Shown: in pieces, positions 17,038 to 28,490 of the stretch
Numbering within the stretch: position 1 is the stretch's first letter
How the letters are laid out: each line of letters opens with the position of its first letter
Assembly: GCA_965202585.1 (NCBI GenBank)
Contig: OZ241831.1
Location: forward strand, 44,020,001-44,084,000
Direction: 5' to 3'
Length of the DNA stretch: 64,000 nucleotides
From: Thalia democratica
Taxonomy: Eukaryota
Notes under the pieces: generated by a model
Databases searched by the model: none
What the model was told of the DNA's origin: nothing
What the model saw: only the letters and a program-made list of their open reading frames with translations
Program-made: the position numbers and the translations under genes

Positions 17038-18312
17038 ATGTCAGGTGAAAACCAACTGAAATCTGCTGAAAGTTTTGAAAGTGAAAACAATATGGCTGTT
17101 GAAAACGATCCAGTTGTACAAAATGTAATCAGCAACCCAGGTTCTGCATCCGATGATGGAAACAAATCATTTGAGAATAGTGACCCACAAGTTAGTGCCC
17201 TGCCTTCTGATGCCAGAGATAATCCAATTGATAGTAATAAATTACTAATTTCTGAAAATAAAAAATCCGTTGAACTAGAACTAGCTGGACTATTCCTTGA
17301 ATACTCATCAGTTGTGTCCAGATGTGAAAAAAAAAAGAAAATGTTTGAAGAGGAAATAGAAATATCTATCAATGCTGCAAAACCTCCTGGTGAGATTGAT
17401 TTAGATCTTATTAAAAAGAAAAAGATTGAAATAGCAGAAATAGAAGCTAGAATTAAAATGATTCAGTTGAATCTTGCTGAATATATTTTTTCTTTAAAAG
17501 AGAGTTATAAACAAACTACAGTAACAAGTTCCAGTGTTGATGACACCCCTTCTGAAGATGCTGAGCCATCGATTAGTATCAATCTAGAACTCCCTGCTAA
17601 TTTTCCAAACATATCGATTTCATCTTACTCCGATCTACACTATCAACGAGAAGCGGTAAGTGAAGAGTTGCTCAAGAAAATAGCGGAGATAGACACATTA
17701 AAATTGTCACGACTTGTGAAAAATATCCCACCTGAAAATAGTCACTGTTCTAAGAATTCTTATCTGAACGAAAGTTCTTCTCCGGAAACACCACCTGCAG
17801 TTGGAAGCCCGACTAAAATTGATGATCAAAACACCAGCTGTGTTAACCGTTCTAAAGAGAAACATCAACAAACTGAAACAACATCTTCTAGTGTTAAAAA
17901 TATCCCTTCAAAAGATACTGAACTATCGACTATAAGCGATCAAAAATTCTCTGCTGACTATAAAACTAAATTGGCTTATCAATCATCTCCCTCAGATACA
18001 TATCGTCAACAGAAAGCGGTAACTGCAGAGTTGGACAAGATAGTAGTTGAGGTGGACTCTTTGAATAAGCCACATCATGCTTACTCGTCTAAAAATAGTA
18101 ACTGTTCCAAGAGTTCTTGTGTGAACGAAAATTCTTCTCAGGGAACACCATCCGCAGTTGGAAGTCCGACTAAAGTTGATGATCAAAACACCAGCCGTGT
18201 TACCGGTAAAAATTTACCAACGAGACTGATCGGTAAACGTTTTTCTGATGTTGCAGCTTCAAGACCTCCCAAGAAAAACCAAATCTTCGAAAATAAATTT
18301 GCTTCTACCTAA
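17038..18312 (+). CDS. Orphan family copy 3 (subtype B, duplicated S/T/P module); frameshift removes the TM
   Basis: 424-aa ORF ending ...NKFAST*. The TM and tail are still encoded in another frame after about 18303. Confidence 0.7.
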   Translation: MSGENQLKSAESFESENNMAVENDPVVQNVISNPGSASDDGNKSFENSDPQVSALPSDARDNPIDSNKLLISENKKSVELELAGLFLEYSSVVSRCEKKKKMFEEEIEISINAAKPPGEIDLDLIKKKKIEIAEIEARIKMIQLNLAEYIFSLKESYKQTTVTSSSVDDTPSEDAEPSISINLELPANFPNISISSYSDLHYQREAVSEELLKKIAEIDTLKLSRLVKNIPPENSHCSKNSYLNESSSPETPPAVGSPTKIDDQNTSCVNRSKEKHQQTETTSSSVKNIPSKDTELSTISDQKFSADYKTKLAYQSSPSDTYRQQKAVTAELDKIVVEVDSLNKPHHAYSSKNSNCSKSSCVNENSSQGTPSAVGSPTKVDDQNTSRVTGKNLPTRLIGKRFSDVAASRPPKKNQIFENKFAST

Positions 18313-19959
18313 GACTCGCTTTGTCCGATGTTCTAGCTGTATTTGTTTATACTGTTAATAAAGTTTCTCACGGTTTTTGTACTTCCGATTGTATTTGTAA
18401 TAGTGATTATAATTTTGATTTTGAAGGTTTACAACGAAAAGTGATTGAGTGTATCTTTAATTCAAATGCAACTAATTAATTGGATCATTTTTCTTAAGTT
18501 GACTGATATATAGCAGTTTTGTTTAAAAACGTTATTCTGTTTTACCATGTTATGCTATGTTAAAATTTGTCTTATTTATTTTATGTTTAATAGCTAATTC
18601 CTGTCAATTAAATGAATAGAGCAAACCAAGTTTATGCTATTGTACAATAATTGAGTATATAATATAGTAAATACATTTGCGTTCTACAAATTATTTTTAC
18701 CTAAGTAAAAATAACTTAGACACACTTAAATATCAGTACAACTACTAAATGTAGTATTTCAAACATTAATAAAATATAATCCGTAGATTTTCTTTGTTTA
18801 ACTTTCTACGTTAGTTAAATTATAAATTAATATGGGTATAATTATAAATGTTTCTTAGAGAAAAGAACTTGCAAGTTTTTTATGTTTAGCATTTTCTAAA
18901 TATTTTGATTGTTTCATCGGATACATTTTAATAAACAGTATTTTAATTAAACTAAGATTAAAAATATACGATAGTGAATAAACTCCATTAAACTAAAACT
19001 AATTTCAGAATAGTGAAGCTTTAAATAAAGCAACACTCTAAAATTATAAAAAATTTACTTTGTTTACTGGATCAGGTTAATTAAAAAAATAAAAGTTATA
19101 TAGCAGAAAAATAAACGTCAATGAGTTGTGACTTTGGTTCTTCATTTAAATCAACCTTCATTGTAAGTGGAAAAGATTGCCAAGTTTTTATTACTTAAAA
19201 ATCAGTACAATCACTGATTAGATTCAGAGCTGTATGTTTAATGGTATTTGCATTTGTTGAACCGAATTGAAGTTAGTTATAAGGCTTAACTTCAGTGTTC
19301 CTTTTACAAAGTTTAGAAAGTTTCAAACATGCACTACTTATATATGAGTCTATTAGTCGCTATCTGAACTTATCAATACACAATGTTAAAATTACTGAGT
19401 TACTTTTTGTATAGACTATATGCACAATGAAATTAACGATATGTATTTTTGTATTAAAAAAGACTAAGGCAATATTAAAATTTTAGTATTGTATGAAGTT
19501 AAAAAGCTTTTTGTTTACTATTACACTCAAATAAACTTTTTAATTTTTTTTTAACCTCCTCAAAAATATTTTTTTTTTTAACCTCCTCAAAAATAATTTT
19601 TTTTTTAGTTGTTAAAAAATTATCATAATACTAATAAATTTATAAGATAAAGTCTTACAACTAAAAAATTTATCCTGCAAAAAAATTGGAAAATATTTCA
19701 TTCATTTTGTTTTAATAAATCGATAAGTTTTAAAAGATTCGGGTGTTTTTAAAAGTGTACTTCTTTTTATATTCTAAACTTTACTCTGAAATAAATTGAA
19801 ATAAAACTCAACAATAGTTATAAAAAACAACAATAGGTACTTGTTACAAACTTTATTAAAAATTCTTTGAAGCATTGCGACAAAAAAAAAATGCAATTTC
19901 TAAGTAATTATACGAAAACTGAAAGTTTTAAAAAGTAACTATAAGAGAAAGTATTTGTC

Positions 19960-22937
19960 TTATATTTATTTTATTTTAGTTATAAGACACAAAGTTTCAT
20001 TAGAAGTTTGTTAACATATTTAAAAAAATTTAAAATTACTGAAAAACTTGTTTAATAACTCTTATTTTATTGAAAAATTAAAATAGTTTTTTAAGCAGCT
20101 TGAAGATAGTAATTTTTCAGGTGTACATGTACAAACGATCAAATGAACCTCAATGAAATTTCAATGGTTTCAAATAAAGTTTGACTTTTTTTATAAACCT
20201 AATGATTTTTTAAATTTAAATTCGTGTGTAAATAAAATTATTCAATTGCGTTTATTTATTGTTATTATTGTTATAGTTGGTGAGCAGTTTAAAATGCGTT
20301 TCACTAAAACCTATACTATTCAGAAAAACATAATTATTTTAAGTTTAGTTGCGTGGAAAAAACGTAGTTAAAGATATTAAAATAATTACATAACTTGTAA
20401 TAGACTAGTGTTTTAGGCAAATAACTATAAGACTAATTGGGTTCAGTCTGAATGATTCGAAATCTGCCGAAGACGTTTTTTTATGAATTTAGACTGTAAT
20501 GAAATGAACTGTAATAGAAATATCGAATATTGTTTTCTATTGTTAAAACTTTAAATTTAAATTAACTAAAAAAACAAAACCTATAAACATTAAGTTCAAT
20601 ATTCCAGGTTTGAGCATTTTAAATACTAGTTCAGCATGTATTACAATATGAAAAATTTTTATAAATAAGTTAAGGGATATACCTGTCAATAAATAAAAAA
20701 CTTTAGTCCATATTTTAACAACTTTTTTGTCTTTTGTTTTATTTTCAAAGTGGGGTAGCACATACTCTACTTGTTTAGAACTACAGTTTTATTGAAAGAT
20801 GTTTTTAATAATGACTTTTATAAATTATGAAAGTGTTTACTAAAGTGTTTAAACATTTGTTTGTTAGAGCTTTAACAAATGTAAGAATTAAAAATGTTAA
20901 TTTGAAAATGTTTTTGGAACATTGAACTTTATTAATCAATACAGTTTCAATGTTAAAACAGTAGTGTCTGGCTAAATAATCTCAAGAGTATAAATAAGTA
21001 AAATGGAAAAATAAACAATTGTTTCATGTAAAAAATAGTGTAATTATATGTTAATTGTTGTCTTAAAAATTAATATAAAACAAAACAAATTATAAGTTAG
21101 AACGGAGTACTAAAAAGTTTTAATCAGATAATGTCAATTAAATAGTCGTTTGTGCTAAAACTTGGTTAAAACGTTATGACAAAATAAATTATAAGTTAGA
21201 GAAAAGATTAGAAAAATAAAAAACTAGACAACTGAGTTTTTTATATCTTTTGATATTGCTAGTGAATATTAACAACTGGTGAATAAACGTTTAAGTTTCA
21301 AACACAAGTTAAAAGAATTTGATTTAACCGTTAAAACTACAAATTTTACCACTAAAAATTTACTAGATTAAACTTTAGTATAGTTAAAGTATATTTAAGG
21401 ATAAAACAATGTAAAGTATTATATGTTAAATGATAAATTAAATTGACGTGGTTAGTTTTTAGTGAAAAAAAAAATCGAAGCTTTGAGAGCTAAAAAAACC
21501 CAATAAAAAGCGTGCAAGAATTTGATTTAATAAAATAGCAGAGTTATTAAGTGTAGTTAGAATATAAAAGTTGTATCACTTGGTTGTAATACTTATAATA
21601 TAATAAATATTCATTTATACCAACAACAACAGTTAGATATAACTATAACGTACTAAACCTAAGTTTTTAAATGCAGTACTCAGGGTTAAATTAAAAGTTT
21701 ATTAAATAGTATTAGATTACATGTTAAATGTCGGTTAGTTTAAATACAAAAATTGTATTTAAATAATGATCAGTTTACATTACACTAACATTAACATATT
21801 TACCAAAAAATAACTTTAATCAACGAGAGTTGGAAAATTTTAAAAGTTTTTATGTTATGTGTGAAATTAAAATATATATATATACATTTTTAGTATAATA
21901 TTTTCCTTGAAGAAATGAAGTCATACTTACTAATGTTTATATTAAAATTTTGAGCTTTTATTTTAAATGTTGTATAGTTAATACTTACTGATTTATATCG
22001 TAAGTTTTAAAACTAAAGTTTCTGAAAAAGTCAATTTCGTGAACAACTTGTTAGAGTTTCATGTTAATAGTAGTTTCATGGCTTTTATAATTTTGTGTCA
22101 TTGATAATTTACACAAATATTAAGCAATTAACTTGTTGAGTGTAAGTACGTAATATCTACATAGCATTAAGAAAACTAATCAAGCAAAGGATATAAATAC
22201 TACGTTATAATAGCATGTTTTTTCATTAGTTTTTTTCAATGAAATTTGATTTTATATTAAAACTTTAGACATAAATTTACAGGATAATACTCCTACCCGA
22301 GTACTTTTTTTTCAACTAAACAAAACTTTTATTATATTTAAAGCTTTATTTAACAATATTTCTTTACATTTTTTAGTGTAATTAGTTGTGAAAATAAGAT
22401 TTATAACATTTGATTTTTTTTTGTTTTAGATTAAAAATTGTTAGTTCAATAGTAGTAGTTTTATCTTCCTTGGTTTTTATAAAATTAGTTTAGTGTTTAA
22501 TGTAATTAGCTGATACATAAATACTAAGTTTTTTTACTTGTTTAATAAAGAAACTAAATAGTTTACACACTAAAATAAATCTAGCAAGGGTTTCTAAATG
22601 TTGTTTTAGTAGAATGATTGATTACTATTTTTACTTGAAATGAACTTTCATGTTAATTTGTTAGATACAAATCTGCAGCTTAATACTTACACTTCTATAA
22701 TATTTTTTCAATTGAAATACATTATTTTATTTCTAATAGATATTTTGCAAAAAGATATTTCTTTACAAATTAGACAGTTCAGAAAAAAGTGGTTCTGCTT
22801 TTAATTTCCTTAATTTTGTAAAATGTAGGCTTTTACTTAGTTATAGGTCTCATAAACAAAATACTGACTTTATTTTATGTTAACTTTTCGTTTTCAATTT
22901 TTCACTTTTTAAAAATTATAACATGTTATTTTTGCAG
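19960..22937 (+). repeat. Inverted duplicate of the region downstream of cathepsin L; upstream flank of copy 4
   Basis: Colinear with about 46070-49470 and reverse-complementary to parts of 1400-4400. It joins the 3' flank of copy 3 at about 19960. Confidence 0.75.
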
Positions 22938-22958
22938 CTCTTTGTAGTTGAGTTCGTC

Positions 22959-24035
22959 ATGTCAGGTGAAAACCAACTGAAATCTGCTGAAAGTTTTGAA
23001 AGTGAAAACAATGTGGCTGTTGAAAACGATCCAGTTGTACAAAATGTCACCAGCAACCCAGGTTCTGCATCCGATGATGAAAACAAATCATTTGAGAATA
23101 GTGACCCGCAAACTAGCGCCCTGCCTTCTGATACCGGAGACAATCCAATTGAAAGTAATGAATTACAGATTGCTGTAAAATCCGGTAGACTAGTACCATC
23201 TCGACGTAAACATCCTAAAATATCACCAGTTGTGTTTAGTCTTGAATGGATAAAGTTAACATTGTTGAACGAAATAGACAGATATAGGGAGATTGAAAAT
23301 ATTTATGCTCATGGTGAGATTATATCAAATTCTATTAGACTGACTTTCGGTTCTGTTGAAAAGAATCAGTTAGAAATTGACACGATAGAAAAACAAATTA
23401 AAAGGATAAAGTTGGCACATGCTAATCAAAATTCTGATCCAAAAGCGATACATCAACAAACAGGATCCGAAGATTTAGTTCCTGATAATATCAATTCTGA
23501 TGATCGTGATCCATCGACTAGTAGCAATCCAGATTTCTCTGCTGACTTACAAACTAAACCGAACAATTCTGCTATAAATCGTCATCAGAAAGCGGTGATG
23601 GCTGAGGTGCAGAATAATGTAACAGAGGTGGACACTTTAAATTTACCACAGCATAATAACCCATCTGAAAATGGTCAGAGTTCCAAGAGTTCTCTTGTCA
23701 ACTCTCCTTTCAAAACACCACCCGCAGTTGGAAGCCCGACTAAAGTTGATGATCAAAACACCAGCCGTGTTACTGATGAAGTTTTACCGCCAAGGCCGAT
23801 CGGTGAACGTTTTTCTGATGTTGCACCTTCAAGACAACCCAAGAAAAACGCAAACTTCGAAAACGAATTCACTTTCTACTTAAGACTCGCTTTGTCCGTT
23901 GTTCTAGCTGTATTCGTTTATACTGTTAATAAGGTTTTTCACATTTTTGTTACTTCCGATTGTATTTGTAAAAGTGATTGTAGTTTTGATTTTGGAGGTT
24001 TTCAACAAAAAGTGATTGAGTGCATCCTTAAATAG
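22959..24035 (+). CDS. Orphan family copy 4 (subtype A), intact, 358 aa from the ATG at 22959
   Basis: Acceptor AG ends at 22937, so the ORF-track start at 22923 is probably intronic. TM FYLRLALSVVLAVFVYTV plus Cys tail are present, with AATAAA at about 24177. Confidence 0.8.
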   Translation: MSGENQLKSAESFESENNVAVENDPVVQNVTSNPGSASDDENKSFENSDPQTSALPSDTGDNPIESNELQIAVKSGRLVPSRRKHPKISPVVFSLEWIKLTLLNEIDRYREIENIYAHGEIISNSIRLTFGSVEKNQLEIDTIEKQIKRIKLAHANQNSDPKAIHQQTGSEDLVPDNINSDDRDPSTSSNPDFSADLQTKPNNSAINRHQKAVMAEVQNNVTEVDTLNLPQHNNPSENGQSSKSSLVNSPFKTPPAVGSPTKVDDQNTSRVTDEVLPPRPIGERFSDVAPSRQPKKNANFENEFTFYLRLALSVVLAVFVYTVNKVFHIFVTSDCICKSDCSFDFGGFQQKVIECILK

Positions 24036-24497
24036 AATGCAACTAAATTTTTGATTTATTATTCTAAGTTATACGATTTACAGCGATTTTGTTGAAAAAA
24101 CTTTATTCTGTTTTACCACGTTGTGCTATGTTAAAATCATTTTGTTTGTTTTGTGTTTAATAGCTAATTTCTGTCAATAAAATGAATAGAACAAACCAAG
24201 TATACGCTATTGTACAATAATTGAGTATGTAATATAGCATTTACGTTCTACAAATTCTTTTTACTAAGTAAAAATAACTTAAGCTTCTTTAAATATCAGT
24301 ACAACCACTAAATGTAGTATGCCAAACATTAATAAAATATAATCCGATAACTTTCTACTTTTATTAAATCAGATTATAGATGGTTAATAATGAAAAGAAC
24401 ATGCAGGATTTATTCTATGTTTAGTTTTTTCTTAATATTTTGATTGTTTCATCGGATATACTTAGTTAAAATAAAAAAGCTGTTTATTTAAGTATAT

Positions 24498-26748
24498 AGT
24501 ATATGTAATTCAAGATCTTTTTTTAGAATGTTACTAGCCCATTTTGGGCAATAAATCAATGTCAAATGTTTGTAAAGGTCATCTTGAGAGCATGTAAGAC
24601 CTTTTTATATTAGTTGATGGATATCTTTAAAGGTTGAAGAGCTGCTCCAGATAGGTGGAATATGTCTGGCAAACATGGGGTCATACTTAAGATTTCTTGT
24701 TTAAAACAGATTTAACTAGATGGTTTGCCAGCTTTTACGTACGTCATTTATTGGCCAGATTCCGATAATAATCTCAAATTGTGTTTGATCATCAAAAATT
24801 CCTTGGCTTTTGCATTGAACCTCGAAGAGGCTCAATTCCTCTCTTGGCTTTTCCCCTGAAATTTTTCTGAATGCTTTATCAGAAATGCTATTTGATAGCC
24901 TCGAATTAACTGTTTGCTGGAAGTGTTGATTTCTGGGTATCGGATTGTGGTTGCCAAAAATGTTGTTGGTGTTAAGTTGGGTTGTTATGCGTTCGTGGAC
25001 AGGATTTTGGTTTATTGTCTTTTGGAGGTTGTCAGTTTGCCTTTGTAACTGTGCAATCGACTGGTTATTATCTTGTGGTTGACTTCCATTTCTTTCATTT
25101 GATTGGTCAACGTTTAAAATTGAATTGTAATTGCTCGGTATTGTGCAAGATTTGGACGCATGGCTTGATAATGGAATTGGTGTCTGGATTTTGTTGGTAG
25201 GTAATGTCGATACCGCCTCTGTTGTCATTGTTGGTTGTGTTTTTTCAGGATCTGTGAAATTTATATGTGAATTAAGATTATTAACTGTACTTACCTCGGT
25301 ATTTGTAGGGATATTGGATGATTGAGAATTCTGTATAAAAATTGTTTTTAAAATAGTATTAAATCTATCTTCTACTAGTTTGTTACTATTTTCTACTAAT
25401 TTAGTTCAATTCGATTTTTTTTAGTGTTGTCTTCAGTGGTTGGCGGATGTTCGCTTCGGAAGACGCCATTATTGTTACCCAGACTAAGAGCCTCACTGAT
25501 TTCCTTCGAAATTGCCTCGATCTCAGGCTCAACAATTTCATCAGATTCCAGGTTAGCAGTAGTCTCGGAAAAACTTATTTCGGTGCGAGAACGGGTTCGC
25601 GGCGCTTATAAGACTAATGCCTTTTTTAAAGGTTTAAGGACATAACTATTTAATTTATTTAACTAAATATAATGAAACTAAGTAATGTTGGTTTATTATG
25701 TACAAATAAACGCAATGACAACACACAATAAGTATAGACACTTAAAGTTAACAATTAGAAGGAAAACGTGCTCTGGATTCCCTCCTTGACGTGTCACTGG
25801 TCTCCTGTCGCTCAGTTTCTGGCACTCGACTTAGATCCGTCTCGTTTACAGAATCTTGATGAACGTTGCGTGGTCTGTTTTCTTTTCCTTTCCGTGATCG
25901 GAGCGTGGCGGTAAAATACGATATTAAATAGACACGACGATATAATATGTATAAATATTACAATGCAAGTACAATAATGAATAGATATGATAATATAAAT
26001 ATGTATAAATACTATGCTAGAATTAATGTACAGTACAAAAACAACTTGTTCGTAGAAGTGTAGCTAAGATTGACGCCCAGTCTGTGTGGGTTTACTTGCT
26101 AAGATGAATGTTCAATTTTATCTCTTTGAACGCTGTGACTCAATCGTGGAATCCAGCATAGAGTATTTGATGAAAAAGTACTTGCAGTACTTAGATTCTT
26201 GATGCCACAGAATGCGTGGGCTTCTTCGATTAGGTGGTTGTTGAAATCTTCTTGCTTGAAGATTGACGATAGTATCTTCTATCGAGAGTAACGGTGGCTG
26301 TTATTTCTTTTGCGGAGCAGAGTGTCGCTTCGTGCTTGTTTCGAGGTCAATTGCCCGCTTCATGCTCTGATCGGGCGTATTTATAGATTTTGAATTCTTT
26401 TTCTAGAATTTTCCATAAATCACGCGATCGCTCATTTGATTCTCTCATTTTCCTGGACTTTGGACTGTAGATCACTTGATCTCTCATTTTATTCTCTCAT
26501 TTTCCCTTAGCCACACCCATAAACAAGCTATTTCCAGTTTAGTCAAGTAATCAAAGAAAAAAATCATTTTAAGTAGCACTTATTTTGTTTGTGAAAAATA
26601 GTTTTTTTTTGGGAATTAGTTTTACTATATTTATTTGTTGTTGTTTTTTTTTTAAAGAAAAATATAATATCAAGTGAAAAACATTAATTCCTTTAAATTA
26701 TCAAAATTTGGACACAAGGCAAAATAAGATTTTGCACAAGTGTCCTAC
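24498..26748 (-). mobile_element. Decayed LTR-retrotransposon-like insertion with a gag-like ORF remnant
   Basis: Absent from the homologous flanks of the other copies. ORF 25228-24716 ends in PREELSLFEVQCKSQGIFDDQTQFEIIIGIWP, which resembles Gypsy gag N-terminal (DUF7041-like) segments, and stop-interrupted gag-like sequence continues (STFKDIHQLI*KGLTCSQDDLYKHL). A TATA-like CTATAAATA is on the minus strand at 26378-26386. No paired LTRs or TSD were found. Confidence 0.55.
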
Positions 26749-28009
26749 ACATATACACAATTTAGAAAGTTTAAAATGTGCACTACTTATATATGATTAT
26801 AACAATTGTGCCTGCTATCTAAATTTATCAATACACTATTTTAAGATTATTGAGTTACTTTTTTTTATAGACTATGTGCACAATGAAATTAACGACATGG
26901 ATTTTAGTATTAAAAAAGACCAATGCAGTACTATAATTTTAGTATTGTATGAAGTTAAACAGCTGCTTATTTACTATTACACTTAAATAACCTTTTTTTT
27001 TTCCTTTTTAGAAATAAAAATTGTTTTTTAATTTTTAATGAATTATAATAACATTAATATATTTATAAAATAAAGTCTTCTAACTAATAAATTTATCCTG
27101 CAAAAAAACTAAAAATTACTTATTCATTTTGTTTTAATAAATCGATAAGTTTTAAAAAATTATGGTGTTTTTAAAAATATACTTCTTTATATATTTTAAA
27201 CTTTACTCTGAAATTAATTTAAGAAAACTGAGCAATAGTTATAAAAAACTACAAGAAGTCCTAAATAGGTACTTGTTACAAACTTTATTAAAAATTTGAA
27301 TCTTTGCGACAAAAAAAAACAGTTTCTAAGTAATTATACGAAAACTGAAATTTTAAAAAGTAACTATAAGAGAAAGCACTTGTCTGCAAAAAAAGTGAAA
27401 TTAGAGGACGGAAAACAATTTTCTTAAACTTTTCAGTCAAATAGCGCAGAAAGTAACATTAGGCAAAAAAAGTGATGACAGCTAAAACTACCAATTAGAA
27501 AAATTACAGAAACTAGGATAGATAAAAAAAAGCTACTGAAATCGTATATACAAAAATTTATAGTTAAGGAAGACAATAAAAATAAATCGTTAAAAAGCTG
27601 AAAAAAAATACAAAAATAAAATAAACACAGTGCTAAAAAGGTTTGAAAACGTGAAAGTAATATAAAAAGCAAAAAAAAAAAATTATGTTAGTTGAGGTCA
27701 ATTTTATCACAGCCTGAAAGCTAGTATCGACAGCTTCGTTAACTAGTGTTCAGTGACGTCGTATTTGAAATGTAGTGACGTAATAAATCCTTTAACAGTG
27801 ACGTAAAATCAGCACAGTAATAAAAAAACTCACAGCGTAAAAATACAGTCTTTAGTAAAAATATACGTTTAATCGAAACTCAAAACAAGTAAAAGTATTT
27901 TAAACAAGCTAATTTCAAAGTAGGTCTTTCGACAAGCAAGACATGTAAGATTTTGATTCTAGTAAGCAGCCCTCGCTTGTACAATGAAGAACTTTTACTT
28001 TGTTTTCGT

Positions 28010-28466
28010 TCAGTGTCTTCTTCTCCTAATTTCTTGACTCAGCTGGTCCTTCAAAATGGCAGCCTGTAAAAGAAAATATTTGTTTATCAAAAATGTTTGA
28101 TTAGAAAACAACGGAAAACAAAAACTAAGTTACACATAATATTTGTGCTTATAAAAAAAACCTCTTTATTAATGATTTTGTAGGGCTATAAAAAAGAGTA
28201 ATTAATTCACTTGGCAAACCAAGCAAAAAGGAATTGTTTAACTCAATATAAAAATAATCAATTTAATTTTAAAGTGACGTCACAACTTACTTGTTCTTCT
28301 AGTCCCTTGACGCGCTGCCGGTGAGCTCTCTCGCGCGCCTCCGGGGTTTGTTCCGACTGAATCTGAGCCGTCCTCAGCCTCTCGATCTCCAGTTCCGACT
28401 CCTGTCGGTGCCTGGTGGTGATTTCGATCAGCCTCTTGGCGTTCGCCTGCTCCGTGTCCGACAGCT
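28010..28466 (-). pseudogene. Rootletin 3' fragment: last exon plus most of the penultimate exon
   Basis: Exon 28063-28010 reads AAILKDQLSQEIRRRRH*. Exon 28466-28291 is cut at its 5' end and carries R>Q and L>P changes. Confidence 0.9.
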
Positions 28467-28490
28467 CTTTGTAGTCTAGTTAAATTCGTG

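Noticed and set aside
19552-19605. Tandem duplication of about 27 bp (AACCTCCTCAAAAATA + T run)
   Set aside because: Ordinary slippage next to homopolymers in a single flank.
22996-23178. Overlapping +1-frame ORF MKVKTMWLLK... repeated in several copies
   Set aside because: About 60 aa, fully explained by nucleotide identity of the N-terminal block; nothing supports dual coding.
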